Source: Felis catus (lineage: Eukaryota). Taken from it: DNA of 64,000 bases. The DNA lies in contig NC_058368.1 in NCBI RefSeq assembly GCF_018350175.1, forward strand, positions 24,678,001-24,742,000, given 5' to 3'. Under the pieces are notes generated by a model that saw only the letters and a program-made list of their open reading frames with translations, did not search any database and had not been told where the DNA came from. The translations under genes and the position numbers were made by a program. Position 1 is the first letter of the stretch. Each line of letters begins with the position of its first letter. Shown here piece after piece: positions 25,310 to 36,784 of this stretch.

Positions 25310-26129
25310 GGGAAGGGTTAGGGGTCACCATGAGCAAAGGGCCTGCAGCGATGGCAGAGAAGTCCTGTGTGACTGGAGAGTAATGAGGACAGGAGAACAC
25401 ACGCTGAAGAGGTACCCAGGGCACAGAGAGTAGATACATTATCAGCCAATGTAGGCAATTTTGGACTTTTCCTACGAGCTTCCTATATAGTTCTTAGGAT
25501 ATATTTTGACTCTTTATTTTAAGATATATTTAGACTTACAGAAGAGTTGCAAAAATGGTACAGGGGCATTCCGTATTTCCTTCACCCAGCTTTCCCTAAT
25601 GTTAACATCTTATAAAAATGAGAATATGATCATTAAAACTAAGAACTTAGCATTGGTACACTTCTATGAACTCAACCACAGACTTCATTCAGATTTCACC
25701 AATGACCTAGAATTGCACATGGCATTTAGTTGTCAGGTCTCCTTCGCCTCCTCCAACCTCACACACACTGAACCATTTGGAAAGTGAACGGACGACATGA
25801 CATTTTACCCCTTAATGCTTCAGCATGTTTTAAAAGTAAGGATGATGAACGGTTAGCACACCAAGGAAACTTAATAACAACTCTCTAATATTCTCTCATA
25901 CCAATCCATATTCACCTGCTGTTCTCAAGATGTCATTATAGCTAATTTTTCCATCCAGACTCTAACCATGTTTAATACATTGTGTTTAGCTATCATTTTC
26001 TCTTTAGCCACTTTATTCTAGAACTGCACTATCCAACATGGTAGTCACTAGCTCAGGTGGCTATTTAAAATTTAATTTAAATTAATTAAATGGTTTTTTT
26101 GGGAAGTTTATTTATTTTGAGAGAGAAAC

Positions 26130-26177
<48 letters not shown>

Positions 26178-29100
26178 AATCCCAAGCAGGCTCCACACTG
26201 TCAGCACGGAGCCCAGTGTGGAGCTCGAACTCACAAACCACAAGATCAAGAACTGAGCTGAAATCAAGAGTCAGTCGCTCAACTGATTAATTAAAGTTAA
26301 AAATCCAGGGACACCTGGGTGGCTCAGTGGGTTAAGCATCTGATTTTGGCTCAGGCCATGATGTCGCCGTTCATGGGTTCGAGTCCCACGTCAGGCTCTG
26401 TGCCGACAGCTCAGAGCCTGGAGCCTGCTTCAGATTCTGTGTCTCCCTCCCTCTCTCTCTCTCTGCCCCTCCCCAGGCTCGTGCTCGGTCTCTTTTTCTC
26501 TCTCAAAAATAAACATCAAAAAGAAAATAAAGGGGCGCCTGGGTGGCGCAGTCGGTTGAGCATCCGACTTCAGCCAGGTCACGATCTCGCGGTCCGTGGG
26601 TTCGAGCCCCGCGTCAGGCTCTGGGCTGATGGCTCAGAGCCTGGAGCCTGTTTCTGATTCTGTGTCTCCCCCTCTCTCTGCCCCTCCCCCGTTCATGCTC
26701 TGTCTCTCTCTGTCCCAAAAATAAATAAACGTTAAAAAAAAAAAGAAAAGAAAAATAAATAAGTAAATATATTTTAAAAATTTATAAATGAGTGAATAAA
26801 TAAAGTTAAAAATCCAGTTCCTCAAGCACGCTAGCTACATTGCAAGTGCTCAGTAGCCTCATGGGGCTAGTAACTGGTCTGTTGGAGGGCACGGGCTTAG
26901 AACATTTCCATCCTCACAGAAAGTTCTGTGGGACAACACTATTCTGGAATTTTTCTTTCCTATTTATTTTTCTGTGACCTTGCCTTTTCCTCAGCTGAGA
27001 GCAGTTCTGGTTTAGAGCAGGATTTCTCAACCTCAGGACCACTGACTTTGTCACCCCGGGCCATCCTGTGCATTGTAGGGCATCCAGTAGCATCACGAGA
27101 GGTCGCCAGTGGCTCCGTGAAACTGTCCCCAGATATCTCCGAATGTTCTTAGGGAGAAAAAAATTACTCCTGGCCCAGAACCACTGGTTTAGGATACGTT
27201 GTTTTGCTCTGTTTGAATGAACGGACTGAAGAAACCAAGAGAGGTAGACGTAATTGATTCTGTATGGATAGAGTAGTGCTTAGTATATATTCAATGAAAT
27301 TTGATGAGTGAGCGACTAGGTATTGAAATGTTGGGAAAGTGATGTTAGGGGAAGATGAATTACATCAGGAACATGTACTGTCTCCTTCTGCCCCCCTCCT
27401 CTTCCCATTTTGCTAAGTTTGATCAGAAATGGTGAGTGGAAGGGTCAGAGTATACCTCATTTTGCCCATTTTATATAAAATGTATCAAGGCCCCGTCACA
27501 AGCAAAGTAATACTCATTATCTGCCAGATCAGAAATCTTAATCCAGGGCGGGAAGTAGACACAATGCAAAAGACTTCTCCGGATTTCAAATTTGAGAAGT
27601 CAGACATAAACATGAGCTCTTAAGGTCTTAATGATAATTCATCAACCCCAGAGAGATGTCTGTACACACGTATTTATAGTTGAACCTGAGTATTTGTGAT
27701 TCCATATTTGCAAAATCATCTACTCGATAAAATTTATTTGTGACCACAAAATCATGACTCATGGTGTTTTCATAGTCAAGCACGGATATGCACAAAACAC
27801 CAAAACTTTGAGTCGCCTGAACTTTGAGTTGCCCCGAAGCACACGTTTGCAGCCGAAGCCGAAGAAGGTGATGCTCTGCCTTCTTTTTTCTCTCTCGTAC
27901 TGTAAACAAGGTCTTCTTGTGGTTTATTTAGCAACCCCCGCCCATTTCTTTTTTGACACTTTTGCCTTTTTTTGTTGGTGACTTAGCTGTTTTAAACACC
28001 CCCCACGTGTAGTGCTAAAGTGCTGTGTAGTGTTACTAAGCCCAAGAAGGTTGTGATTTGCTTTATGGAAAATGTACGTGCACCAGATAAGGTTCATTCA
28101 GGCATGAGTTACAGTGCTGTTGGCCCTGAATTCAATGATATAAATTAAAAAAAAATATGTATATTTTTTAAGTTTATTTATTTAAGAGAGACAGCACACA
28201 TGTACATGAGTGGGAAAAGGGCAAAGAGAGAGGGGGAGAGAATCCCAAGCAGGCTCCACGCTGTCAGCACAGAGCCTGACGGGGGGGGGGGCTCGATTTC
28301 ATGAACCGTGAGATCATGACTTTAGCTGAAATCAGGAGTCAGACGCTTAATCGACTGAGCCACCCAGGTGCCCTAACAAAATACATTAAATAAGGTATCA
28401 TTAATCAGAAAACACACAAAAAACAAGATTATATATTGATCGGTTGGCAAAAATATTGTTACTAGAGGCTCACAGGAATCTAGCCCTGTATTTTACTCCA
28501 GCACGCCCTTCAGTACTCACCAATTCGGTATTCAAGGCAACTTTGTAGAACATAAACTATTGTAAATAATAAGAATCATTAAGAATCACACTGGGTGTGA
28601 CCTGGGTCGGAGGAATAATTTGGGCAGGCGCAAAGGCATTATTAGCTCTTCGCCCTTGGCGCTCATCCAGTGCAGCAGAGGAAGAGCGGGATATAACGGC
28701 CAAAAGCTAGAGCGTCAGGCCAGATGTGAGGGGGAATCCCACTCGCCTGCTTACTGTTTGTGTGTCTCTGGCATGTGGCTTAACTTCACCGGCTGTGCTC
28801 TCATCAGCGAAATAGGGAAAGTAATAGTCCCTGCCTCTTAAAGTCTTGAGCAGAGAACGACACAGTGTATGTAAGACATTTAACCGGCGTAAGACACCGA
28901 GTAAGCGTTCGGTAAACATTTGCTCCTGCAGTCACTCAGGCCTTATTTATTTTTCGTTCGTTCTTTATTTTTTGGAAATACACGTGCAGAAGCAAATAGG
29001 AGTAACCATGTACCTAACTCGTGGAAAGCACATGGTGTATAAAGTATCCTTCAGGCAACATTTCATGAAGACATAAGTGGCCTTGTTTGTTTTTGAAGCT

Positions 29101-31449
29101 GGTATTTAAGGAAGCTGGATGTAGAATCTGCAGTGTGCCAGGTTCTGTGGTGGCTGCTTTCCCATCCACAGTTTCACTTAATCTTCACAAGATGTATCGT
29201 CTAATATGTCTATGATGCCTTATGGTATTTAAATGACAAAGAAACCCATGAGTTAAATGGCGCATGTAAATATCAGCCTTGCTCATCTTAGACTCGATAT
29301 CGAGGGAGGGACACACAGGAGACTTAACTGAATTGTTGCCTTCTTTAACTGGGTGGTAGGCACCCAAGTATGTATTGCATTTGTCTCTGTGCTTTTTGCT
29401 TGTCAGTGTATTTTGCTAGCTATATTTCTTTTTAAAAAAAATTTTTTTTTCAACGTTTATTTATTTTTTGGGGGGCAGAGAGAGACAGAGCATGAACGGG
29501 GGAGGGGCAGAGAGAGAGAGGGAGACACAGAATCGGAAACAGGCTCCAGGCTCCGAGCCCTCAGCCCAGAGCCTGACGCGGGGCTCGAACTCACGGACCG
29601 CGAGATCGTGACCTGGCTGAAGTCGGACGCTTAACCGACTGCGCCACCCAGGCGCCCCGCTAGCTATATTTCTGAAAGCCACGTGTGTTCATTTTACCAA
29701 ATTCAAAAAATGTGAAGAACAAAAACCCTTCTCCCCCACCGCCCCCAGAAGTAGTCACTATCGGCTTTTTGGTGGGGATCCTCTTGAACGGTGCCTGTGT
29801 ATTTTTCAAAACAAAATCAAGATCACATTATACATATTTGTAACTGGGCGCTCACTGCCCATGGGCTAAAATGTATTTTGTAGGCTCTCTGGCATTTCAC
29901 TGTGGAGTGCATCATACTTCCTTAACTAGTTGCTTCTTAATGTGTATTTAGATTGCTACCCCCTCCACTATAAATGTGCTATAATGAACACTTTTCTATG
30001 TCTCCACGCGTGCATGTTAGCATTTCTGTCTGGTGTCACAGAAGTAGGATTCCTGCCGCATGTTGAAGAATTAAAGTGTATCATGGAACTTTCCTCCTAA
30101 ACAGTAGCCTCCTGTCAGCCCTGTGAGTGCCCGCCCCAGCACCTCACCTGCTCTGGATGCTCTAAATTTGTGACAGTCTGATGCAAAACCAAGGAGTTTG
30201 CTCTGCTAACACACGTCTTTGTTACCGAGGTCGTTTCTCAACGTCATTACTGGCTATTTGCATTCCGTGTTTCCCTGTATCGCCTATTCCCATCCTTTGT
30301 GCATTTTTGTGTTTTTTTTTCTCACTGATTTATCCAGGAATTTTTTTTGGGTGTCACTCCCTAACTGTGTACATATTGTGCTTTACAATTTACAAAGCAC
30401 TTTTCGTTATGTGAGATATCCTGGCATCCTGGTTCTGAGTTGGCTTCTTATGGCCTCAGGACAGTTAGCTTGAAGGGATTCCGGCCAGCCCTCAGTCCGC
30501 CTGCCAGAGGGAGACAGAGTCTGGACTCCCACCAGATTTCCGCACTCCGAATCTCATGTTCTTTTGGCTCCACTGCAGTTTACAATGCCCATCTTCAAAA
30601 TTCAGGAGTGTTCGGGGAGGTTTCTGTTTTTCTGACAACTGTTTCCACAAAGCAAAGCTCATGAGCGGCCGTAATGCATGGCCTCCAGTCCCCACGGCCT
30701 TCAGTCCCCACCGGATCTTTCCCAGGTGCTGTGAGGTGGAGTATGGTGCTTGCGGCACAAACCCAGCAGTCTTGAACGTGGGGTGGGAAGGGGAAGTAGG
30801 GGTGGAGGAGGGTACGTTGCCAGCCCAGGCGAGCTGCGCTCACATCCCGTGTGCTCACCCTCCCGTGTGCCCTGCAGAGTTTGTGAAGCGGCTGCGGTAC
30901 TGCGAATACCTGGGGAAGTACTTCTGTGACTGCTGTCACTCCTACGCGGAGACCTGCATCCCTGCCCGGATCCTCACCTTGTGGGACTTCAGGAAGTACT
31001 ACGTCAGCAATTTCTCCAAACGGCTGCTGGACAGGCTGTGGCACCAGCCGGTTTTCAATTTGCTGAGCGTTGGCCACAGCCTGTATGCGAAGGCCAAGGA
31101 GCTAGACAGAGTGAGGGTGAGCGGCTGCCTCTGCGGGGGAGGCCGGGCCAGAGGCTCGGAGGGCCCTGCGATGGCAGATGCCACGGTCTCAGGGGACCCA
31201 GACAGACCCTCCAAGGGATGGGTTTACCACCAGCGGATGGAGCGTCAGCTTCAGGGCCTTTTCCAAGACCCCGTACCACATTTTATAGTTATGCATAGTT
31301 CTGCACGTACACGTAGCTTTTGAAATTTGTTTATTATTTTCAAAACAAAATTGTTTATATTTCAGGTATACAGCATGATAATTTGATATACAAATACAAG
31401 GGAAATAATCACCACTCAAGCTAATTAACCTATCCATCTCCTTGCAGCC

Positions 31450-31504
<55 letters not shown>

Positions 31505-34500
31505 ATGGTGGGAGCACCTGAAATTTACTCTCTCAGGAAGTTTCCAGTATTCAATACACTTATGATTAACTATAGTCATCATACCATCTATTAGATCTCT
31601 AGACTTACTCATCCGACAGAACCCCAACTTCATTCCCTTTGACCGATGTCTTCCCACTTGCCCCACCTCCCCACCCCCCACCCTGCCCCGGTAGCTTCTG
31701 TTCAACAACTCTCTGCTTCTGTGTATTTGACCTTTTAAGATTCCACATAGAAGTGAGGCCCATGCAGCTTTTTCCTTTCTGTGTCTGCCTTATTTCACTT
31801 AGCCTAATGCCCCCCAGGTTCACCCATGTTGTCACAAATGGCAGGATCTCCATCTTTTGTGCATAGTTTTGTGTTCTCCTCAAAGAGGGCCCCCAACGGT
31901 TATGTAAGCTTCAGGCCCCACAATAGTTGGGTCCATCCTGGACCCTCTGCGGATCTCTGGACTCAGTCATGAACCCCTGCTATATTGACTGTTTATTTCA
32001 AAGACTTATTTTATAGAGTTGTAGCCTTTCAAAGTGAGAAATAACAGACTTAACTTCTACATTTTCTGTGTCATTTATCACATTAACTTTCCCCCCCGTT
32101 TGGTGTCTTCCTTTAGGAAACCCGGGAGCAACTTTTTCATATCAAGAAGCTGTTGAGGACCTGCAGGTTTGCTGAAAGGTACTAGTGTTTGGCTGGGACA
32201 GGCCAGGCCTGGGTCCAGGAGGGCTGGGCGCCCCCACATACCTGCCAGTCCCCTGTGTGCCAACTGGTCCCAGCTCCCCCAGTCCACAGGGCCCCTTAGC
32301 ACAGCACCTACTTCGGTCTCCCCTTGGTGATGCAGACCGTATTGTTAAAGTTACTAAACCTTCTGGCTCACTAGCAGTGAATGTAACGTGTGAGAAGAAT
32401 TGGCCAGTACAGGGATGAAACAACTCTAGTTTTCAATTGTGATAAAATACACGTAACCAAATACACCATCTTAACCATTTTAAGGGCACAATTCGGTGCC
32501 CTTAAGTACATGCGCATTTTTCTGCAACCGTCACCGCCATCCGTGCACAGAACTTTTTGTATCTTGCGAAACTGAAATTCTACATCCATTGAGCAGTAAC
32601 TCTCTCTTCCCCCCTCCCACCCCGCCCCTGTAGCGCCTGGCAACCACCATCCTACTTACTGTCTCTATGAAGTTGATGACTGCGGGTACCTCATAATAGG
32701 ACAGTCACACAGTATCTTTCCTTGTGTGACTGGCTTATCGCACCCAGCAGAATGCCCTTGAGGTAGCACCTGTGTTGCAGCATGTGTCAGGACTCCCTTT
32801 TTTAGTGCTGAAAAAGATTCCATTGTATGTATCTGCCACATTTTGTTTACGCATTCATCACCAGAAACGTTGCTCCCATCCACCTTCTAGCTGATGTGAA
32901 TAGTGTTGCTATGAGCATGGGTGTTATCAATGGCCTTTTAAAACCCCCGATAGAGGAGCATGTCGAACTGTCATTGGTTGTATAGTATTCTATACTAGGA
33001 CGTGGTATTGATTTAAGTATTATTCTCTTATTCATACACTTTTTTATCTAATAGATTTTAATATCTTAATGTTAAAATAAATTTTTAATATCCTTATAGA
33101 TATTAAACCCAGTAGATTTTAATACCTAATAGATATTTAGATAGGTTTTTAATGTCTTGTGTTATTAAAAAACTAGGTTTTAGCTGAATCTCTGTGCATG
33201 TCCATAAATATATCCTTAGGATTAATTTCTAGAGCTGGAATTTCTGGAAGCCATGGCCATAGAGGTATAGGCATGAATTCATTGACAGAGATAGAATTTT
33301 TTAAGTGGAAAAAGAGGTTGTTACTCAAGGGGTTAAGGTTATTTGTTATAGTAGGTGGGATCATAGTCTCTAAAATATTGTTTTGTTTTAAAGCTTTGTT
33401 CAGTTTCTGATCTTTATTTAATGATAACGTATTGCTTTTGAATTAAATTTCTTGGAGAGGAGCATGTCTCCGGTAGTCATTGGGCCTAACCTGTACCTAC
33501 CTCGTGGCCTTGGTGTGACAGGTTAATTACTTCTCAGGCTCTCATTTTTCTTGTCTGTAACATATTGTTATATGTAACAATACCCACAATTATTACTGTC
33601 TACAAAAATTTCTTGAAATTTTCTTTTCTCTGCTTCAGATAAAAAATCAATAGGACTCTTGCTAAGACCAGGGAAAAAGCGCAAACAGATCTTGTGTGTT
33701 AAACACATACGCAGGGTGCCTTGAGGATGCAGAAAAGGTGTCTGAAGGGGTGGGGTGGGGAAGAGGACCACGAGGCTTCCTAAGCCTGAGCTTGAAGAGC
33801 GAGTTGGACTGAAGAAGAAGGGTCAGGGATCCCCCGGGAAGAGGAAGCCGTGGGGGCCAGCACCCCCGGCTGCATGGAGAATTCAACACAGCCTGGCGTT
33901 ACTGGAATGTCAAATCCAGGGTAGGCAGCGGCTGGCCTGGGAATGCAGTGCATGGTGATGCCACCGACTGATTTAGGAAATTCAGAAGGAGATGAGTAGG
34001 AGTCGGAGAAAGTTACGTTCAGTTCTGAATGTCCTTGGGACACACAGGAGGCTGTGATCGGCTCACAGTTGGATGCTCGAGCCTTAGGCTGTGTGCTGGA
34101 CTCGTGGATGAGGGGAGTCCCACACCTGCCTGTGAGCGGTGATTCTCCTGCTGGCTGGGACAAGGGTCCACCTGCTGATGGTTGAAATTGAGCTGAAATC
34201 AACAAGGTAGCGCTTGTTATCTCAGTACACGTTTTTACCTCTCGAAAAATAGATTTGCAGTTGTCTTTCGCTCAGCGAAACCCTGCCCATGGGCAGGTTG
34301 CGAGAGGCGTGTTTTTCTGCTGGTTCAGCTTTCTGAAATGCGCTTTTGTAGAATTTTAAGTTCCTGGCTTCCAAACAGACTTGCAAAATGTAAGGTGGTG
34401 AGTAAGGCTAACTTGCTCTTGGGTTTTTTTTTTTTTTAATTGAGCTCAAAAAAATGAAGTGTGAGTGCCAGAAACAACAACTGCCTGCCCCCCACCCTCT

Positions 34501-36784
34501 TGTGTCCCCACCGCTGTGTGGGTGGGTGCCTGAATTACTCTTTGTTTCCTCTCTGGCAGCACGTTAAAGGAGTTTGAGCAGGTGCCGAGGCACTTGACTA
34601 ATGAGCTCCACCTGTTCTCCCTGGACGATCTGGTCAGGGTCAAGAAAAAGCTGCTGGTGCCCTTGCTCAAGGACATTCTAAAAGCTTCCCTCGCACATGT
34701 GGCCGGCTGTGAGGTAAGGGTTCACCTGGAACTGGTGTGTCCCCCAAGCTGTCCCTTCCACCTCAGGACCTGTGGCGGGTGTTCTACATGTCACCCCTTT
34801 TAACCCCACAAATCCTGCACAAAGTGCTGGGAGCGCCCTTCCCAGATGAGAGATGAGGTTCAGAGCGATTCGGTGACAGCCCTGGCAGGTGGCAGGGCTG
34901 GGATGCAGGCCTGAGCCAAGTGCCTTCCTAGGGAACCAAGCCCCGCTTGGGGCCTTCCTTGACTCCCGTCTGCCCTGACGTGCCAAGTACAGCCATGTGG
35001 ACTCGGGATCCAGTGCAACAAGAGCTCTGTGTCCACATGAATTCAAGAATTGTAGTGCAGCCCTCAGAAACAAAAGCAGATCATTTAAAATCACACATGT
35101 AAAATCATGACCTTTCCCGGTGCCTCAAACTACCTCGATGCGAAATTTCTCCGTGCAACACACACGTGCGCATGTTCCGTTCGAATCCATTTACTATAGC
35201 GTGAGATAGCATCCTGTTCCTTCTAGAGGCTGCAATTACAGACACTTAAAAACTGACGTGTATAAAATTCTGCAAAAGTAGGAACCTGGCTTCTCCATCA
35301 AAAGAAACATTGCCAATGAGGATGGTAACTCTCCGGCTCCTTCTCTTACAGCTGTGTCAAGGAAAGGGCTTCATTTGTGAATTTTGTCAGAGTGCCGCGG
35401 TCATCTTCCCATTTCAGACCGAAACGTGTAGAAGATGTTCAGGTATCTTCATAGCTTCATAACGTAAGCTTACTAACAGCTTAATAACCGAAACAGAAAA
35501 TTAACTTAAGGGCAACTTAATAATTTAAGCCCAGTGTTGTTTGAAGTATATGGTGCTGGTGTGTGCTTGTATGTTGGATGGGAGCTAATGGAATTGGGGG
35601 TACATGGGGAGGAGTGTGTGGGTGGGGCAGGGATGAAGGGTGAGGCCTTCCTGTACAGCATTTGGAGAGAAGAGTGGTTCCCCTTTGGCCCGTACCCCAC
35701 TTCTTTGACACCAGGGTAAGCACTCCACAGCCACTGCCCCAGTTATGGGATTGGATCACAATCATGCCTAAGGCTGAGGTGCTGTCTCTGGCTTCTTTTG
35801 CGCTGCACTGGCAGATTGTGGAGTTGTTGTGGAGACCGTGTAGCCCAAAAGACCTAATGCATTTGCTATCTGGCTCTTCACAGAAGAGATTTTTAGACCT
35901 CCGTTTTACTGTATGTGTTAACCCTCCAGGAAGTCCCGTGATCTCTAAACCGTTTCATGGGAGCAATCTGGCAATGCATTCTGCCTTTACCCTTGGTAAG
36001 AGCTGCTCCTCCTCTTTGACCCCCTCCAGCGCTGTCTCCGCTAAGCTGTTAGGCAGAATCCTTAGGCTGTATCGCAGGAGAGGCTCCCCAGCAGACAAAC
36101 CCCAAGCCACAGGTTTGCAAGCAGAAGGCTCACTGGGCCATGTCAGGCTCAGCACCCGTGGGAGTGTGAAGTCCACAGGGCTTGGCAGAGGGACAAGTTG
36201 AGCTGGATATGGTGGCCTTGAAGGCTTAGCACATCTCAGGGCACTCTGGAGCAGGGTGGCCTTCACTGTTGTCACATAGTCGGTCAGGGACCAGCCAAGC
36301 CTTTAAACCCAGGGTTGACCAGTCACCCACCGGATGCGAGCCAGTGTCCGCATGCAGAGATGACCTTGAGGGAGGCAGCTCTCTCCAGTTAGGGCCATTT
36401 CCAGTGAGAGCCACCTCCTCAGCTGTCAGCAGCTGAGGGAACAGTCCTTGGGCAGATCTGGGGGCGCTATAGCATCAGGCTCTCTCAGCCTCAGGTCCAT
36501 GACTTAGTGGGGACTTCATAATTGCTTAGTTTCAACCTGCCTCATTTCTTGTCAGATGACTCTGGTTTCTGGGTTCAGACCACCTCTCTCCCCGGGATGG
36601 GGATGACCATCTGTACATATGTGAGCGAGCAAGAGAGCCCCTTTGCTGATAGCTGTCCCCTCTGCTCATAGGGTGTAGAGCCTGCTTTCACAAGCGGTGT
36701 TTCCAGTCGTCCGGGTGCCCCCGGTGTGCGAGGATCACAGCTAGGAGAAGACTTTTGGAAAGTTTACCCTCTGCGGCATCATGA
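9738..36784 (+). CDS. RUBCNL: RUBCNL/Pacer (Rubicon-like autophagy enhancer), 13 coding exons, 657 aa
   Basis: Exons joined by hand: 514+83+211+102+61+133+146+65+239+62+154+91+113 = 1974 nt, open throughout with consistent phases. The protein ([18 protein letters not shown]...[14 protein letters not shown]...[10 protein letters not shown]...CAGCGTP...[14 protein letters not shown]...[14 protein letters not shown]...[11 protein letters not shown]) matches human Pacer as I recall it. Confidence 0.97.
10730..10944 (+). mobile_element. Young SINEC_Fc with an 18-bp target-site duplication
   Basis: Near-consensus and CpG-intact; agaaactagtcagattta at 10712-10729 and 10945-10962. Confidence 0.96.
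11137..11361 (-). mobile_element. SINEC_Fc-type SINE
   Basis: Antisense CanSINE with (GA)n. Confidence 0.92.
12315..12500. mobile_element. MER58A-like hAT-Charlie DNA transposon relic
   Basis: ctatgacccgcaggccagatccagc...tttacaaataaagttttgttg...ctggtcctttgcaga resembles the recalled MER58 consensus. Confidence 0.65.
13317..13399 (+). CDS. RUBCNL: RUBCNL coding exon 2
   Basis: tggcag|GT GCT GTT...GTA GAA AAG|gtgaac; encodes (G)[27 protein letters not shown]. Confidence 0.93.
13424..13469. repeat. (CA)n microsatellite about 25 nt after the exon 2 donor
   Basis: About 22 CA units. Confidence 0.95.
13790..13999 (-). mobile_element. SINEC_Fc-type SINE
   Basis: Antisense CanSINE; ttaaatgaacat on both flanks. 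Confidence 0.93.
14130..14340 (+). CDS. RUBCNL: RUBCNL coding exon 3 (GC donor)
   Basis: tttctgcag|GAA AAT GCC CAC...GGC TAC GAA G|gcaagt; [20 protein letters not shown]...SGYE. Confidence 0.92.
14447..14677 (+). mobile_element. Young SINEC_Fc with target-site duplication
   Basis: Near-consensus; taaaacgtcct at 14435-14445 and 14678-14688. Confidence 0.95.
15790..15935. promoter_or_regulatory. Intronic CpG-rich patch with a GC box and a CTCF-like motif
   Basis: GGGGCGGG box; CCAGTGGGGGGCGC on the minus strand at 15888-15901 (one mismatch to CCASYAGRKGGCRS). Confidence 0.45.
17716..17937 (-). mobile_element. SINEC_Fc-type SINE followed by a T35 run (17939-17973)
   Basis: Antisense CanSINE consensus. 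Confidence 0.92.
18040..18495. mobile_element. MaLR LTR (MLT1-like)
   Basis: cttaaaacaac...ttttggaggccagaagtc...ggctctgagggagagcccgttccttgcctcttccagc...ccaaataaggtcacattcac. Confidence 0.8.
18705..18923 (-). mobile_element. SINEC_Fc-type SINE
   Basis: Antisense CanSINE; tgcattttttaattctt on both flanks. Confidence 0.93.
19079..19180 (+). CDS. RUBCNL: RUBCNL coding exon 4
   Basis: ttttctag|GC TGT GCT...GTC GTA G|gtaaga; [33 protein letters not shown]. Confidence 0.93.
   Translation, partial: AVLCYRAAPWLGPPLTVMRSKKPVNVTSMTLSS
19660..19720 (+). CDS. RUBCNL: RUBCNL coding exon 5
   Basis: tgcttgcag|AA GTT GGT GAG...TCT AAG AG|gtatct; (E)[19 protein letters not shown](S). Confidence 0.9.
20302..20434 (+). 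CDS. RUBCNL: RUBCNL coding exon 6
   Basis: cctttcag|T GTC ACT TAT...TCG ATC|gtaagt; [25 protein letters not shown]...AAGSI. Confidence 0.94.
20665..20943 (-). mobile_element. SINEC_Fc-type SINE with a (TTTTA)n tail microsatellite
   Basis: Antisense CanSINE consensus. Confidence 0.92.
21445..21678 (-). mobile_element. SINEC_Fc-type SINE
   Basis: Antisense CanSINE consensus. Confidence 0.9.
22140..22285 (+). CDS. RUBCNL: RUBCNL coding exon 7
   Basis: gtgcag|GTT GTG AAT...CTC AA|gtaagt; [11 protein letters not shown]...[17 protein letters not shown](K). Confidence 0.95.
22645..22904 (-). mobile_element. CanSINE with a (TTTA)n tail
   Basis: Antisense CanSINE consensus. Confidence 0.9.
23783..23847 (+). 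CDS. RUBCNL: RUBCNL coding exon 8
   Basis: tactcag|G AGG GAT...CCT A|gtaagt; [21 protein letters not shown]. Confidence 0.94.
25263..25308. repeat. (GC)6(GT)n alternating purine-pyrimidine tract
   Basis: Directly visible. Confidence 0.9.
25500..26020 (-). mobile_element. Old L1 (L1MC-like) 3' UTR fragment
   Basis: tttagacttacagaagagttgcaaaaatggtaca...ttcacccagctttccctaatgttaacatc. Confidence 0.7.
26020..26945. mobile_element. MER3-like DNA transposon split by three SINEs (26093-26287 -, 26308-26530 +, 26532-26800 +)
   Basis: MER3-like halves (tatccaacatggtagtcactagc / caagtgctcagtagcc...agaaagttct); taaagttaaaaatccag duplicated at 26292 and 26801. Confidence 0.8.
27017..27188. mobile_element. 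MER20-like relic
   Basis: caggatttctcaacctc...cctgtgcattgtagg...gaaccactg. Confidence 0.6.
27675..28580. mobile_element. MER82-like TcMar-Tigger relic interrupted by an antisense SINE (about 28160-28373)
   Basis: Long similarity to the recalled consensus (taaaatttatttgt...ctctgccttct...caggcatgagttacagtgctgttggcc...agaggctcacaggaa). Confidence 0.75.
29428..29658 (-). mobile_element. Young SINEC_Fc
   Basis: Near-consensus antisense copy; gctagctatatttct on both flanks. Confidence 0.95.
30878..31116 (+). CDS. RUBCNL: RUBCNL coding exon 9 (Rubicon-homology domain)
   Basis: cctgcag|AG TTT GTG...GTG AGG|gtgagc; [20 protein letters not shown]...AKELDRVR. Confidence 0.96.
31335..31865 (-). mobile_element. 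L1 3' end fragment containing (GT)n at 31456-31500
   Basis: Antisense L1 3' UTR/ORF2 end (ttatttcacttagcctaatg...ttcacccatgttgtcacaaatggcaggat). Confidence 0.85.
32117..32178 (+). CDS. RUBCNL: RUBCNL coding exon 10
   Basis: cctttag|GAA ACC CGG...GAA AG|gtacta; [20 protein letters not shown](S). Confidence 0.93.
32430..33270 (-). mobile_element. Old L1 3' fragment(s)
   Basis: ttaaccattttaagggcaca...cctggcaaccaccatcctactt...ccacattttgttta. Confidence 0.75.
34560..34713 (+). CDS. RUBCNL: RUBCNL coding exon 11
   Basis: ctctggcag|C ACG TTA...TGT GAG|gtaagg; [24 protein letters not shown]...HVAGCE. Confidence 0.95.
35352..35442 (+). CDS. RUBCNL: RUBCNL coding exon 12
   Basis: ctcttacag|CTG TGT CAA...TCA G|gtatct; [30 protein letters not shown]. 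Confidence 0.95.
36672..36784 (+). CDS. RUBCNL: RUBCNL last coding exon
   Basis: ctcatag|GG TGT AGA GCC...[42 protein letters not shown]. Confidence 0.95.

Noticed and set aside
30556..31323. 255-aa ORF
   Set aside because: It is RUBCNL exon 30878-31116 plus open intronic flanks. Canonical splice sites bound the homologous part.
33040..33170. Degenerate AT-rich repeats (agattttaata)
   Set aside because: Low-complexity sequence inside an L1 relic with no stable period.
35662..36201. 179-aa intronic ORF
   Set aside because: Non-ATG start inside the last intron, no recognisable family.
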